A DNA stretch of 64,000 nt from an uncultured Clostridium sp. (GCA_947361355.1 CANAIR010000005.1:21762-85761); one strand, 5' to 3'; counted from the first letter of the stretch, positions 1 to 11,128 are shown. Notes: generated by a model not told the origin, from the sequence alone. Numbers and translations are program-made.

Positions 1-7
1 CTTTTCA

Positions 8-865
8 TTACATAGAAAACAACAATTCAATTATTTTATATAGTTTTATAAAAAAAACTTGAAGTTTAGGAGCAGTATATTTGAATTTATTAGAATTACT
101 TTCAACGGCTTTAACATATTGCTTTATTATGGAGTTAAATTTTTTTAATTCAATTAAATCCCATAATTTTTCTTCACTTTGCATAATATAATCTAGATTA
201 TTCTTAAAATATGAGTGGTTTTTCATCCATTCATATTTTCTTTTATACATTTTTTGGTTAAATCCTGTTTTATATGCTCCAGGTTCAATTATTTTAATTT
301 TTATATTTACATCTTTTAGTAGTTTTAATTCAAGTCTTAAACTTTTTACAAAGCTTTCTATTGCAAATTTTGAAGCACAATATGGAGAAAGAAATGGAGC
401 AGTTGCAATGCCTGCAAGTGAAGATAAAAATATAATTTTTCCTTCTTTTTTTTTCATAAATTTTTTAATCGCAATTTGGGTTATATTTATATTTGCTAAT
501 ACATTAGTTTCAAATATATTTTTAAATCTATTTATATGAATTTCCATAACACTTCCAGAGTCACCAATTGCAGCATTATTTATTAATGTGTCAAATTCTA
601 TTTTTTCTAGTTTTTGCAAGTCTTCTTTTTTTAATATATTCATTTTAAAAGAGTAAAGCTGTAGATTTTCTTTATTTGCAATTTCTTTAAAATATGTACA
701 TTCTTCTTTTAATTTTGTAGCTGCATAAACTGTATGCCCACGTCTAGCAAGTTCTATACTAGCATATTTCCCAAGGCCAGTTCCAGCACCAGTTATAACT
801 ATTTTTCTTTTTAACATGTTAATATTATATGTATTATGTAAAAAAGTATACTTACAGTTGCTCAA
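8..865 (-). CDS. Short-chain dehydrogenase/reductase (SDR family)
   Basis: TGAGTGLG Rossmann motif, NNAA, catalytic YCASK, IEPG; true start may be 817 (MLKRK). Confidence 0.9.
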   Translation of the reverse strand: MSNCKYTFLHNTYNINMLKRKIVITGAGTGLGKYASIELARRGHTVYAATKLKEECTYFKEIANKENLQLYSFKMNILKKEDLQKLEKIEFDTLINNAAIGDSGSVMEIHINRFKNIFETNVLANINITQIAIKKFMKKKEGKIIFLSSLAGIATAPFLSPYCASKFAIESFVKSLRLELKLLKDVNIKIKIIEPGAYKTGFNQKMYKRKYEWMKNHSYFKNNLDYIMQSEEKLWDLIELKKFNSIIKQYVKAVESNSNKFKYTAPKLQVFFIKLYKIIELLFSM

Positions 866-934
866 AAATAAAATGTGTGATATAATGTTATATAATCTAA
901 TGAATACGATTCTAATAATTTAGGAGGAAAAAGG

Positions 935-1444
935 ATGAAGCGAGATTTTGGAAAGGTTTTTATTAGTGTAATATTTGGAGCAGTAATAATTTGTATAATG
1001 TATAGTTTAGTATTTTTTTTATTGAAAAATAATACAGAACCATCAATTTTTAAGACATATTTTTTTATGTTGTTTATATTTTTTGTTGCAAGTTTTGTTA
1101 TATATAATAATGAATTAGTAAAAAAATATTGTAAAAAAGAAAAAATTGATTTTAAAAGTCAAATTAAAAAGTTTTTATATACATATGTGATTGTAAGCGT
1201 ATTGATTAGTTTTAGTTATTTAGTTTTTATTTTATTAAATGGTGGATTTGAAAATTTCTATAAAATTGAACTATATAGGTATAACTTAAATGTAGCTTTA
1301 TTAAAAGAAAAAACATGTTTTGTTACAATTTTTAAATTTTGTGCTTTTTTAGTATTTTTAGGATTGCAATATTTTAATGCTCAACATTTTTTTAACATAA
1401 TTTTAAAAAGTGTAAGTAAAAAATTATTTAAATATAAAATGTAA
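935..1444 (+). CDS. Hypothetical membrane protein
   Basis: 169-aa ORF, AGGAGG RBS, about 4 hydrophobic segments. Confidence 0.7.
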   Translation: MKRDFGKVFISVIFGAVIICIMYSLVFFLLKNNTEPSIFKTYFFMLFIFFVASFVIYNNELVKKYCKKEKIDFKSQIKKFLYTYVIVSVLISFSYLVFILLNGGFENFYKIELYRYNLNVALLKEKTCFVTIFKFCAFLVFLGLQYFNAQHFFNIILKSVSKKLFKYKM

Positions 1445-1448
1445 TTAT

Positions 1449-1492
1449 AAAAAATTCTCTTAAGTTTAATTAAAAATTTAAGAGAATTTTTT
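1449..1492 (+). terminator. Intrinsic terminator
   Basis: aaaaattctcttaa...ttaagagaattttt inverted repeat with T-tail after stop. Confidence 0.6.
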
Positions 1493-1559
1493 GTCAATTT
1501 TTGTGAGTTTAAAAATATTGTTAAATGTGTATTTTTCAATATTTTTTTAAAATTTCACC

Positions 1560-1588
1560 TTGACTTATTTTTCCATATAAAGTATAAT
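1560..1588 (+). promoter_or_regulatory. Sigma-A promoter of gatCAB
   Basis: TTGACT-17 bp-TATAAT. Confidence 0.65.
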
Positions 1589-1628
1589 ATAAAATATTGA
1601 AAATTAATAAAGAAAAGGGAGTAATAAT

Positions 1629-1916
1629 ATGAGTGTATCAAAAGAAGAAATTTATCATATAGCAAAGCTTTCAAAGCTTGAAGTTTCTGAAAATAAAATT
1701 GATGATTTGACAATGAAAATATCTGATATAGTTGATTTTTCTAATACTTTAGCGCAGGTAAATGTGGATGGCGTAAAGCCTACTGCACATATACTTGATA
1801 TTAAAAATGTATTTAAAAAAGATGAAGTAGAGCCATCTTTTGATAGAGAAAAAATTTTGCAAAATGCACCTGAGGCTCAAGGTGGGTGTGTTAGTGTGCC
1901 AAAAGTAGTAGAATAG
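1629..1916 (+). CDS. gatC: Asp/Glu-tRNA amidotransferase subunit C
   Basis: 95 aa, HIAKLSKL...NAPE...VPKVVE; precedes gatA. Confidence 0.95.
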   Translation: MSVSKEEIYHIAKLSKLEVSENKIDDLTMKISDIVDFSNTLAQVNVDGVKPTAHILDIKNVFKKDEVEPSFDREKILQNAPEAQGGCVSVPKVVE

Positions 1917-1928
1917 GAGAGGATATTA

Positions 1929-3389
1929 ATGAATTTATATGAATTGTCTGTAAGTGATATTGCAAAAAAAATAAAAGAAAATGAAGTTACTATAAAAGAA
2001 GTATTAGATAGTACTTTTTCAAGAATAGAGCAAGTGGAAGGAAAAATAGATGGTTATGTAACTTTAATGAAAGAGAGTGCATATAAAAAGGCAGATAAGC
2101 TTCAAGAAAAATTAAATCTTGGTGAAGATATTGGGATACTTGGTGGAGTTCCAATAGCTGTAAAAGATAATATATGTACTGATGGTACAAAAACTACATG
2201 TTCTTCTAGAATGTTGGAAAATTTTGTTCCTTTTTATGATGCAACTGTTGTTGAAAAATTAAATGATGCTGGAGCAATAATTATTGGTAAAACTAATATG
2301 GATGAGTTTGCAATGGGGTCTTCTACTGAGTCTTCATATTTTAAGAAAACAAAAAATCCTTGGAATTTGGAAAAGGTTCCAGGTGGCTCAAGTGGTGGTA
2401 GTGCTGCTGTTGTATCATCAGATATGGCCTATGCAGCTCTTGGAACTGATACAGGTGGTTCAATAAGACAACCAGCTTCATTTTGTAGTGTTGTAGGATT
2501 AAAACCAACATATGGTTTAGTTTCAAGATATGGAGTTGTTGCGTATGCATCATCGCTAGATCAAGTAGGTCCACTTACAAAAAATGTAGAAGATTGTGCT
2601 TTAATGTTAAATGTGCTTGCTGGACATGATAAAAAAGATACAACTTCTGCAAATTTAAATAGTAAGGATTATACAAGAGCTATTGTAAATGATGTTAAAG
2701 GTAAAAAAATAGGAATATTAAAAAAATTTGTAGATGAGGGTGTAAGTAAAGATATAAAACAAGCATACGAAGATTCAATAAAAGTTTTAGAGAAAGCTGG
2801 GGCAGAAATCATTGAAATTGATTTAGATTATATAAAATATTCTTTACCTGTATATTATATAATTGCAACTGCAGAGGCTTCATCAAATCTTGGAAGATAC
2901 GATGGAATACGTTTTGGACATAGAGCAAAGGATTTTAAAGATTTAGATGATTTATATGTAAAATCTAGAACAGAGGGATTTGGTGAAGAAGTAAAAAGAA
3001 GAATAATGCTTGGTACTTATGTACTTTCTTCTGGTTATTATGATGCTTTTTATAAACGTGCTAGTAGCGTTAGAACTTTAATTATAGAGGAATTTAAAAA
3101 GGCTTTTGAAAAAGTTGATACAATTATGATACCAACTACTCCAAATACTGCTTTTAAGTTTGGTGAAAAAACTAATAACCCATTAGAAATGTATTTAGAA
3201 GATATATATACAGTTCCTGTAAATATTGCTGGGCTTCCAGGAATATCAGTTCCAGCTGAATTTGATAGTAATGGTATGCCTATTGGTATGCAGTTTATAT
3301 CTAATGCTTTTAATGAAGAAGTGTTGCTTCAAGTGGCTTATTCTTTTGAACAAAATATTGGATTAAATGAGAATAAACCAAAATTATAG
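1929..3389 (+). CDS. gatA: Asp/Glu-tRNA amidotransferase subunit A
   Basis: Amidase signature [38 protein letters not shown]. Confidence 0.98.
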   Translation: MNLYELSVSDIAKKIKENEVTIKEVLDSTFSRIEQVEGKIDGYVTLMKESAYKKADKLQEKLNLGEDIGILGGVPIAVKDNICTDGTKTTCSSRMLENFVPFYDATVVEKLNDAGAIIIGKTNMDEFAMGSSTESSYFKKTKNPWNLEKVPGGSSGGSAAVVSSDMAYAALGTDTGGSIRQPASFCSVVGLKPTYGLVSRYGVVAYASSLDQVGPLTKNVEDCALMLNVLAGHDKKDTTSANLNSKDYTRAIVNDVKGKKIGILKKFVDEGVSKDIKQAYEDSIKVLEKAGAEIIEIDLDYIKYSLPVYYIIATAEASSNLGRYDGIRFGHRAKDFKDLDDLYVKSRTEGFGEEVKRRIMLGTYVLSSGYYDAFYKRASSVRTLIIEEFKKAFEKVDTIMIPTTPNTAFKFGEKTNNPLEMYLEDIYTVPVNIAGLPGISVPAEFDSNGMPIGMQFISNAFNEEVLLQVAYSFEQNIGLNENKPKL

Positions 3390-3420
3390 AATTTAAAAAT
3401 ATAAATAGGAGGAAAAGATT

Positions 3421-4851
3421 TTGAAAGATTATGAAGTTATAATAGGACTGGAAGTACATGCTGAGCTTTCAACAAATACAAAAATATATTGCAATTGTAC
3501 AACTGAATTTGGTGCAGATCCTAATACTCATTGTTGTCCAATTTGTACAGGAATGCCAGGTACTTTACCAGTTTTAAATGAAAAAGTTGTTGAATATGCA
3601 ATTAAGATGGGTCTTGCTACTAATTGTGAGATTGCAAGATTTTCAAAGCAAGATAGAAAGAATTATTTTTATCCTGATTTACCTAAAGCATATCAAACTT
3701 CTCAATATGATTTACCACTTTGTGAACATGGGTATGTAGATATTAATGTTGATGAGTCTAAAAAAAGAATTGGTATTACAAGAATACATATAGAAGAAGA
3801 TGCAGGAAAACTTATACATGATGCGTATACAGGGGATACTTTAGTGGATATGAATAGATGTGCTGTTCCGCTTATTGAAATTGTTTCTGAACCAGATATA
3901 AGAAGTGCTAAAGAGGCAGTTGAATATATGCAAACTTTAAAATCTATATTGGAGTACTTAGAGATTTGTGATTGCAAAATGCAAGAGGGTTCATTAAGAT
4001 GTGATGTTAATTTATCTGTAAGACCTGTTGGTGATACTAAATTTGGAACAAGAACAGAAACTAAAAATTTAAATTCTTTTAAAGCAATTCAAAACTGTAT
4101 TGAGTTTGAAACAAAAAGGCAAATAGAAGTGCTAGAAAATGGCGGAAAAATTTATCAAGAAACTAGAAGATTTGATGATGCAAAGGGTGAGGGATATGCT
4201 ATGCGTACTAAAGAAGATGCACATGATTATAGGTATTTTCCTGAACCAGATCTTGCACCAATTTGTATGAGTGAAGAATATATAGAAAATATAAAAAATT
4301 CGTTACCTGAAATGCCACACATAAAAAAAGAAAGATATATCAATGAGTATAATATTTCTGATTATGATGCAAGTATACTTACTATGTCAAAGGATACAGC
4401 AAATTATTTTGAAAAAGTGGCTAATATTTGTAAAAATCCTAAAATAGCTGCAAACTGGATTATGGGTGATTTTGCAAGAATGTTAAATGAATCTGAAATT
4501 TCAATAAAAGAGTCAAAAATAACTGAAGAAAACTTAGCCGAACTTATTGTTTTAATTGATAAAGGTATAATTAGTACAAAGATAGCAAAAACTGTATTTG
4601 AAGAAATGTTTAATACTGGAGATATGGCTAAAAAAATAGTAGACAAAAAGGGTTTGGTTCAAATAACTGATGAAAATGCAGTAAAAGAAATTGTTTTAAA
4701 AGTAATAGAAAATAATCCTCAATCTGTAGCAGATTATAATGCAGGAAAGGATAGAGCATTAGGATTTTTAGTTGGTCAAGTAATGAAAGAGTCAAAAGGA
4801 AAAGCAAATCCAGGAGTTGTTAATAAATTGTTACTTGAAGCATTAAAGTAG
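3421..4851 (+). CDS. gatB: Asp/Glu-tRNA amidotransferase subunit B
   Basis: IGLEVHAEL, RKNYFYPDLPK, HIEEDAGK, DYRYFPEPDL. Confidence 0.98.
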   Translation: MKDYEVIIGLEVHAELSTNTKIYCNCTTEFGADPNTHCCPICTGMPGTLPVLNEKVVEYAIKMGLATNCEIARFSKQDRKNYFYPDLPKAYQTSQYDLPLCEHGYVDINVDESKKRIGITRIHIEEDAGKLIHDAYTGDTLVDMNRCAVPLIEIVSEPDIRSAKEAVEYMQTLKSILEYLEICDCKMQEGSLRCDVNLSVRPVGDTKFGTRTETKNLNSFKAIQNCIEFETKRQIEVLENGGKIYQETRRFDDAKGEGYAMRTKEDAHDYRYFPEPDLAPICMSEEYIENIKNSLPEMPHIKKERYINEYNISDYDASILTMSKDTANYFEKVANICKNPKIAANWIMGDFARMLNESEISIKESKITEENLAELIVLIDKGIISTKIAKTVFEEMFNTGDMAKKIVDKKGLVQITDENAVKEIVLKVIENNPQSVADYNAGKDRALGFLVGQVMKESKGKANPGVVNKLLLEALK

Positions 4852-4905
4852 TTATTAAATTATAGTTTTTTAATATAATGTAGTAATGAGTTAGGGAGTG
4901 ATACT

Positions 4906-5406
4906 GTGTCAAAAAGAAAAAAGTTAATAGTAATATATATTATTGTTATGACTATGATACTTGTTTTTGGTGCAGTATCAATTTATCTATTTGTTAAGAA
5001 AAATAATGAAGTATATAATAGTATAGATATGCAAATGTTAAATAACAATATATTAGAAGAAGTAAATTTTAATAATACAAGAATGCAAGATATCAGTATT
5101 AATAATGTAAATGAAATTTTTAATATTGAAAAGGAAAAAATAGTTGATGTTATTGGTAGAGTACCATTATTTAATATTTCTGCTGGTATGTATGTTGTAT
5201 TTTATGTTGATAAAAACAATATTGAATATGTTTATGATAAAATAATAGAATATGGTAATAAATATGAAAATGAGTGGGCTACATATATGGAAGATCAATA
5301 TGAGTTAGTAAAGCAAAGAAAAATCGGAAAAGTTGAAAATTTAGTTTATCTTGTTATTTCTGAAAATGCAGAAGATGTTTTAAAGTGTTTACCAAAAAAT
5401 AATTAG
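4906..5406 (+). CDS. Membrane-anchored DUF4358-like protein
   Basis: N-terminal TM helix; C-terminal Y.EDQYELV...VYLVISEN pattern. Confidence 0.55.
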   Translation: MSKRKKLIVIYIIVMTMILVFGAVSIYLFVKKNNEVYNSIDMQMLNNNILEEVNFNNTRMQDISINNVNEIFNIEKEKIVDVIGRVPLFNISAGMYVVFYVDKNNIEYVYDKIIEYGNKYENEWATYMEDQYELVKQRKIGKVENLVYLVISENAEDVLKCLPKNN

Positions 5407-5558
5407 TATATTTTAGGAGTTAACTTTTACAAGAGTTGTATTTAAATTTTGCTACAAAAAAGTATATTATTAAAGTTCTTATTACTAATAGTTTTATTTA
5501 GTATAAAAGTAATATGTTAAAAAAATAAAAAATCACCTATAAAAAGGTGATTTAATTT

Positions 5559-8210
5559 TTATCTTTGTTCAGTTGAAAAATATATTATTTTGCCAAAACG
5601 TATTTCATGAAATTTCTTCTTAACTTCCATTATAACAATAGGAGAAATAGATATTAGCATTGTATAAATCCATTGAATATTAGTAAGTTTAACTACATCA
5701 AATAATTTTGCAATGGGATCTATGGTAACAACAGCAAGTTGAAAAATTGTACCAAGTAAAAATGCACCAATTAGATATTTATTTTTAAACAATCCTATTT
5801 CAAATATAGAAGATTCACTTCGTATATTAAAACTATGAATTAATTCTAGCATACTTAAAGAGATAAATGCCATTGTACGACCAACTTCTAATCCATAGTA
5901 TGTGTTTCCAATTGTAAATGCAAATAGTGTTAATAATCCAATCATAGTTCCTTCAAAGAATATTTTTTGCCATAAGCCATCTGAAAAAATTCCTTTTTTA
6001 TGATTTTTAGGTTTTTTATTCATTATTCCTTTTTCAATTGGTTCTAGTCCAAGTGCAATTGCAGGTAAAGAATCTGTTACTAGATTAATCCATAATAATT
6101 GAATTGCAAGTAATGGAGAGTCAAGTCCTAGTAGTAGACCTATAAATATAGTTACTATTTCACCAACATTAGTGGCTATTAAAAAATGAATAGCTTTTCT
6201 TATATTTTCATATATGTGGCGACCTTGTTTTACTGCTTCTACAATTGTTACAAAATTATCATCTGTTAAAATCATATCAGAGGCGTTTTTTGCAACATCG
6301 GTGCCATTTTTTCCCATTGCAACACCTATATCAGCATTTTTTAAAGCAGGAGCATCATTTACACCATCTCCAGTCATTGCAACAACAAGACCGTTAGCTC
6401 GGAAAGCTTTTACTATTCTTACTTTATGTTCAGGAGAAACTCTAGCAAATACAGAATATTTCATTATATCTCTTTCAAGTGTTTTTTGTGGTATATTATC
6501 AAGTTCTCTACCAGTTATAGCAAGGTCACCATTTCTTAAAATTCCAAGGTTAGATGCAATTGCCTTAGCAGTTAAAATATGGTCACCAGTTATCATAACT
6601 GTTTTTATACCAGCTTTTTTGCATGTCATGACTGCTTCAAATACACCTTCTCTAGGTGGGTCTATCATACCAACTAGGCCAGTAAAGATTAAGTCCTTTT
6701 CTATATTTTGACTATCAATTTTATTTGGAAGTAAACTTACATCTTTGTATGAAATAGCAATAACTCTAAGGGCATTGTTTGCTAATTTTTCATTTTGTGA
6801 TAATATCATAGAAGTTTTATTTTGGTTAATATTTAAAATATTTCCATTATCGTAGTAGTATGAACAATTCTTTAAAATTACGTCGGGTGCACCTTTTGTA
6901 ATTATTCTATATCCATTTTTTATTTTATGTATTGTTGTCATCATTTTTCTGTCTGAATCAAATGGAATTTCATTAACTCTTGAATTTACTTTATTGTATG
7001 AATTATATTTAATAGCACAATTTACAATTGCAACCTCTGTTGGATCGCCATCTACTGTTGCCTCATTTTTTTTGTAATTTACAATGCAATCGTTGCACAT
7101 ACTGCCTAATTCTAATATAAATTTGTAGATTGAGTTATTTAATCCAGATTCAATTATTCCATTTGAATCAGCAACTTTAACAATTTCCATTTTATTTTGG
7201 GTTAAAGTGCCAGTTTTATCAGAACATATAACATTGCTACTACCAAGTGTTTCAACAGCAGGTAATTTTCTAATTATTGCATTTTTTTTAGCCATCTTTG
7301 TAACACCAATAGAAAGCATAATAGTAACAATTGCAGGAAGACCTTCAGGAATAGCTGCTACTGCTAAACCAATTGATGTCATAAACATTTCTATAATAGG
7401 AATTTTTTTAAATATTCCTATTATAAATATAGCAATACATATTAAAAGACATACACTACCGAGCTTTTTACCAACGTCAGATAATTTTTTTTGAAGTGGA
7501 GTTTCAGGAGAGTTATCACTAATAATCATTTTTGCTATTTGACCAACTTTTGTTTGCATTCCTGTATCTGTAACAATAGCTTCAGCATGGCCATTAGTTA
7601 CAATAGTAGATGAAAAGGCCATATTTAGTGCATCTCCAATAGAAGTATTTTTTGATAGTAAAATGTTTGCTTGCTTTAGTACTGGTACAGTTTCACCAGT
7701 TAAGGCTGATTCTTCTATTTTTAAGTTGTATGCGTTTATAAGTCTACAATCTGCTGGTACTAAACAGCCAGCTTCTAGTATAACAATGTCTCCAGGAACG
7801 ACTAAAGTAGAATTTATATTTGTTATTTTGCCGTCTCTTTTTACCTTTGCAACTGGGGCAGATAACTTTTGTAAAGATTCTAAAGATTTTTCAGCTTTGT
7901 TTTCTTGCACTAATCCCATTATAGCATTAAAAATTACTATTGTAACGATTATAATTGAGTCCATGTATTCATTATTACCTTGAATATATGAAATTGTTGC
8001 TGATATAAAAGCTGAAATTAATAAAATTATTATCATGAAATCTTTGAATTGTTCTAAAAATTTTTGTAGAATATTCTTTTTTTTCTGTTTTTCTATTTCA
8101 TTTATTCCAAATGTTTTTAATCTTTTTTGTGCTTCCTTTTGACTTAAACCATTTTGTATGCTTGTAGTTAGCTTTTTTTCTGTTTCATAAGCAGAAATAG
8201 TATGCCACAT
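5559..8210 (-). CDS. Calcium-translocating P-type ATPase (type IIA/PMCA-like)
   Basis: ESALTGET, IPEGLP, CSDKTGTLT, TGDGVNDAPAL. Confidence 0.95.
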   Translation of the reverse strand: MWHTISAYETEKKLTTSIQNGLSQKEAQKRLKTFGINEIEKQKKKNILQKFLEQFKDFMIIILLISAFISATISYIQGNNEYMDSIIIVTIVIFNAIMGLVQENKAEKSLESLQKLSAPVAKVKRDGKITNINSTLVVPGDIVILEAGCLVPADCRLINAYNLKIEESALTGETVPVLKQANILLSKNTSIGDALNMAFSSTIVTNGHAEAIVTDTGMQTKVGQIAKMIISDNSPETPLQKKLSDVGKKLGSVCLLICIAIFIIGIFKKIPIIEMFMTSIGLAVAAIPEGLPAIVTIMLSIGVTKMAKKNAIIRKLPAVETLGSSNVICSDKTGTLTQNKMEIVKVADSNGIIESGLNNSIYKFILELGSMCNDCIVNYKKNEATVDGDPTEVAIVNCAIKYNSYNKVNSRVNEIPFDSDRKMMTTIHKIKNGYRIITKGAPDVILKNCSYYYDNGNILNINQNKTSMILSQNEKLANNALRVIAISYKDVSLLPNKIDSQNIEKDLIFTGLVGMIDPPREGVFEAVMTCKKAGIKTVMITGDHILTAKAIASNLGILRNGDLAITGRELDNIPQKTLERDIMKYSVFARVSPEHKVRIVKAFRANGLVVAMTGDGVNDAPALKNADIGVAMGKNGTDVAKNASDMILTDDNFVTIVEAVKQGRHIYENIRKAIHFLIATNVGEIVTIFIGLLLGLDSPLLAIQLLWINLVTDSLPAIALGLEPIEKGIMNKKPKNHKKGIFSDGLWQKIFFEGTMIGLLTLFAFTIGNTYYGLEVGRTMAFISLSMLELIHSFNIRSESSIFEIGLFKNKYLIGAFLLGTIFQLAVVTIDPIAKLFDVVKLTNIQWIYTMLISISPIVIMEVKKKFHEIRFGKIIYFSTEQR

Positions 8211-8426
8211 ATAATCACTCCTTTGTACAAGTTATATTAAATCCTATGAATAAATGTAGAAAATATTACTATTTTTTGTAATACAATTTTAACAAAAAAG
8301 ATATTATTTTGTAATATTATCTTATATACATATTTATGTGCTACATGATATACATAAAATTAAAAAATATGTGTGAAATAAAAAATTGTATATGATATAA
8401 TTAAAAAAAATATTGGAGGGAGATTT

Positions 8427-9740
8427 ATGGAAAATACTAAAAGTGCAATTTCACTTATAAATTTAATTGGTATTGTAATAATTATAATTGTAATAGGTAC
8501 ACTTATTTTAGTACTTGGGGCAGACTCTCTTGACATTAGTGGTAATAGAGAACTAAAATTTAAAACAATGATAGAGTCATATGAAAGCTCATTGGAGTCA
8601 TATAAAGCAAAGTTGTATATAAAAGATAATGGAACTTTTGATGAATTAACATTAAATGCCAATTTAGATACTTTAGAATATAATGGTACTGTACAAAATG
8701 GAAATATATATACTATTATACCTTCTTTAAAAGGAAGCAAGTATAGAAAAAAAATAAAGGTGGTAGCGGGTAAACTTGATGTAAATAGTTTTACAGGCAA
8801 ATATTTGAAATGGGCTAAAGAAAAAATCGGTGATTTAGTACATAATCCTGAGGAAGACAAAAGCAATGAAGAACAAGTAGAAAAAAGGTTACTTGGTGAG
8901 GGAACAAGTTTAATAGATAAAGCATCAAATGAAAAAGTACCATACGTTCCAGATGAATTTAATTATGTTGATGGAACAACTGTTGAGGGTGGATATACAA
9001 TTATTGATAACAATAATAATGAATATGTTTGGGTGCCTGTAAAAGATATGTCACCCTTTGAAGTTGAATCAAATACTAAACTTACTGCTAATATAGTAAC
9101 TGATTTTAGTAAAATTAAAGATAGTATTTCTAAATATGGTGGTTTTTATATAGGAAAATATGAAGCAAGTTTGGTAGATGGAAAGGTTTCAAGTATTAAA
9201 AATTCAGTTCCTATAACAAATATTAAATGGGGTGATTCAATAACTCAAGTTGGAAGTGGTGCTTATTCATATGCAAAGAGTGTATCTTTAACTAATAACT
9301 ATAAAAAGTTTAAATCCACATTACTTTATGATTCTATGTGGACAGCTACACTTGATTTTATGGGAATATTAAATGATAAAAGTGGTTTAGAATATGGAAA
9401 TTATAATGGTGCAAACTTTAGTATCGAAAATAAAGAGGCCAAAGGCTCTAAAGATGGTGGAGAAAGTTTTGATTTTTTATCTTCAAAAGCTACTAATGAA
9501 AGAATACTTCTTACAACTGGTGCAACTAAAAGAAATTGTGTAAAAAATATTTATGATATTGCAGGTAATGTTTCTGAGTGGACAATATCTTTATTAAATA
9601 ATAATGATAGTACAGCTATTGTAAGGGGTGGAGATTATAATGATTTAAGTAATTTAATTTCAGCAAAATATTTTTTAGAAAAAAGTACCTTAGAAGAAAG
9701 TTCTACCATTGGCTTTAGAGTGGCATTGTATTTAGAGTAA
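8427..9740 (+). CDS. Pilin-like protein with C-terminal FGE-sulfatase/C-type-lectin-like domain
   Basis: Prepilin-like N-terminus KSAISLINLIGIVIIIIV; GGFYIGKYEAS, NIYDIAGNVSEW, RGG, IGFRVALY. Confidence 0.7.
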   Translation: MENTKSAISLINLIGIVIIIIVIGTLILVLGADSLDISGNRELKFKTMIESYESSLESYKAKLYIKDNGTFDELTLNANLDTLEYNGTVQNGNIYTIIPSLKGSKYRKKIKVVAGKLDVNSFTGKYLKWAKEKIGDLVHNPEEDKSNEEQVEKRLLGEGTSLIDKASNEKVPYVPDEFNYVDGTTVEGGYTIIDNNNNEYVWVPVKDMSPFEVESNTKLTANIVTDFSKIKDSISKYGGFYIGKYEASLVDGKVSSIKNSVPITNIKWGDSITQVGSGAYSYAKSVSLTNNYKKFKSTLLYDSMWTATLDFMGILNDKSGLEYGNYNGANFSIENKEAKGSKDGGESFDFLSSKATNERILLTTGATKRNCVKNIYDIAGNVSEWTISLLNNNDSTAIVRGGDYNDLSNLISAKYFLEKSTLEESSTIGFRVALYLE

Positions 9741-9766
9741 ATATGTAAACAAAAGGAGCGGTAAGT

Positions 9767-9823
9767 ATGATAAAACTACACACACACACACACACACACA
9801 CAAGTACTATGTGTATAAGATAG
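9767..9823 (+). CDS. Putative leader peptide MIKLHTHTHTHTSTMCIR
   Basis: AAGGAG RBS upstream, ATG at 9767, TAG at 9821-9823; spans the AC tract. Confidence 0.45.
   Translation: MIKLHTHTHTHTSTMCIR
9778..9802. repeat. (AC)12 dinucleotide microsatellite
   Basis: Perfect AC tract read directly. Confidence 0.95.
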
Positions 9824-9875
9824 CATTAATTTGTTATACAAATTTTGTAAGAAATGTGAAAAAAAATAGATATAT

Positions 9876-9920
9876 AGACCTAGTTAAAGGAAGTCAGTTT
9901 CTTTAGCTAGGTTTTGTGTG
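9876..9920 (+). terminator. Terminator-like hairpin
   Basis: gacctagttaaaggaa / tttctttagctaggtt stem (with G-U pairs) followed by T-rich tail. Confidence 0.6.
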
Positions 9921-10113
9921 TTTAAAAAGTATGTAACAAAAAAGATAGAAAAATGAAATATAATTGAAATAAAAGATGTATGATTAGATATTGAAGAAAA
10001 ATATAAAAATAAATATAAAAAGATGGGGAAAATTTCTAATGACTAATTAAATATTATAGTATATAAAGAGGAAAAAATAATAAAGAAAAATATAAAAATA
10101 ATAGGAGGAAAGT

Positions 10114-10363
10114 ATGAAAAAATACAAAGAAAAAATGGGTAAAAAAGCCAATAAGAAACTTTTTTATAAAGTAAGCCCTCATAAGGAATATCACTAATAG
10201 TGATAGTGATAACAATAATAGTGGTAATTTACTTGCAGAAGTTGAATATACTGTTTTAAATAAAACTATTGATGGATTTGAAATAGTAGCATTTAATACA
10301 AATTTAGAGATTGAATCTGGTGAAATAAATATTAATTATACTGTTATTCCATGTACAGAATAG
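10114..10363 (+). pseudogene. Degenerate pilin-like gene remnant
   Basis: AGGAGG RBS then MKKYKEK...; prepilin motif GISLIVIVITIIVV in a shifted frame; short C-terminal fragment ending at TAG 10363. Confidence 0.5.
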
Positions 10364-10540
10364 ACTTTAATAATATGTTTTATTTTGTAAAATTTATATA
10401 TTATAAATTGATAAAAATGATTGCTTTTTCTTGACTTTTTGTTTAATCTGATATAAAATGATTAAAGTAGTATAGGGATTTAAAAAATTACTTATACTGC
10501 TTTTATTACATTGCCAAATTAAAAGAAAAGGAGGAAAGTT

Positions 10541-11080
10541 ATGGAATTAAAAGGTTCAAAGACTGAAGCTAATTTAATGGCTGCTTTTGCTGGAGAATCA
10601 CAAGCAAGAAATAAATATACTTATTATGCGTCTCAAGCCAAAAAAGATGGTTATGAGCAAATAGCTGCTATATTTCAAGAAACTGCTGATAATGAAAAAG
10701 AACATGCTAAAATGTGGTTTAAAGAGTTACATGGAGGTAAAGTACCAACTACTACTGAAAATTTAAAAGACGCAGCAGCTGGTGAAAATTATGAGTGGAC
10801 TGATATGTATGCTGAATTTGCTAAAGTAGCAAAAGAGGAAGGATTTAATAAAATAGCATATCTTTTTGAAGAGGTTGCTAAAATTGAAAAGGAACACGAG
10901 GAAAGATATAATAAATTATTAAAAAATATAGAAGATGGAAAAGTATTTGAATGTGGTGAAGTTAAAATATGGAAATGTAGAAATTGTGGACATATTCATA
11001 TAGCTGAATCTGCTCCAGCAGTTTGTCCAGTTTGCGCTCATTCAAAAGCTTACTTTGAAATAAAAGCAGAAAATTATTAA
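10541..11080 (+). CDS. rbr: Rubrerythrin
   Basis: [17 protein letters not shown] diiron motifs, C-terminal CRNCG...CPVC. Confidence 0.95.
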   Translation: MELKGSKTEANLMAAFAGESQARNKYTYYASQAKKDGYEQIAAIFQETADNEKEHAKMWFKELHGGKVPTTTENLKDAAAGENYEWTDMYAEFAKVAKEEGFNKIAYLFEEVAKIEKEHEERYNKLLKNIEDGKVFECGEVKIWKCRNCGHIHIAESAPAVCPVCAHSKAYFEIKAENY

Positions 11081-11128
11081 TATGTTTGGGTAGGATTTTT
11101 CCTACCTTTTTTGAAAGGAAGTAATAAT

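Noticed and set aside
9767..9823. His/Thr amino-acid biosynthesis attenuator
   Set aside because: HT repeats arise from a pure AC tract, and no amino-acid pathway gene follows.
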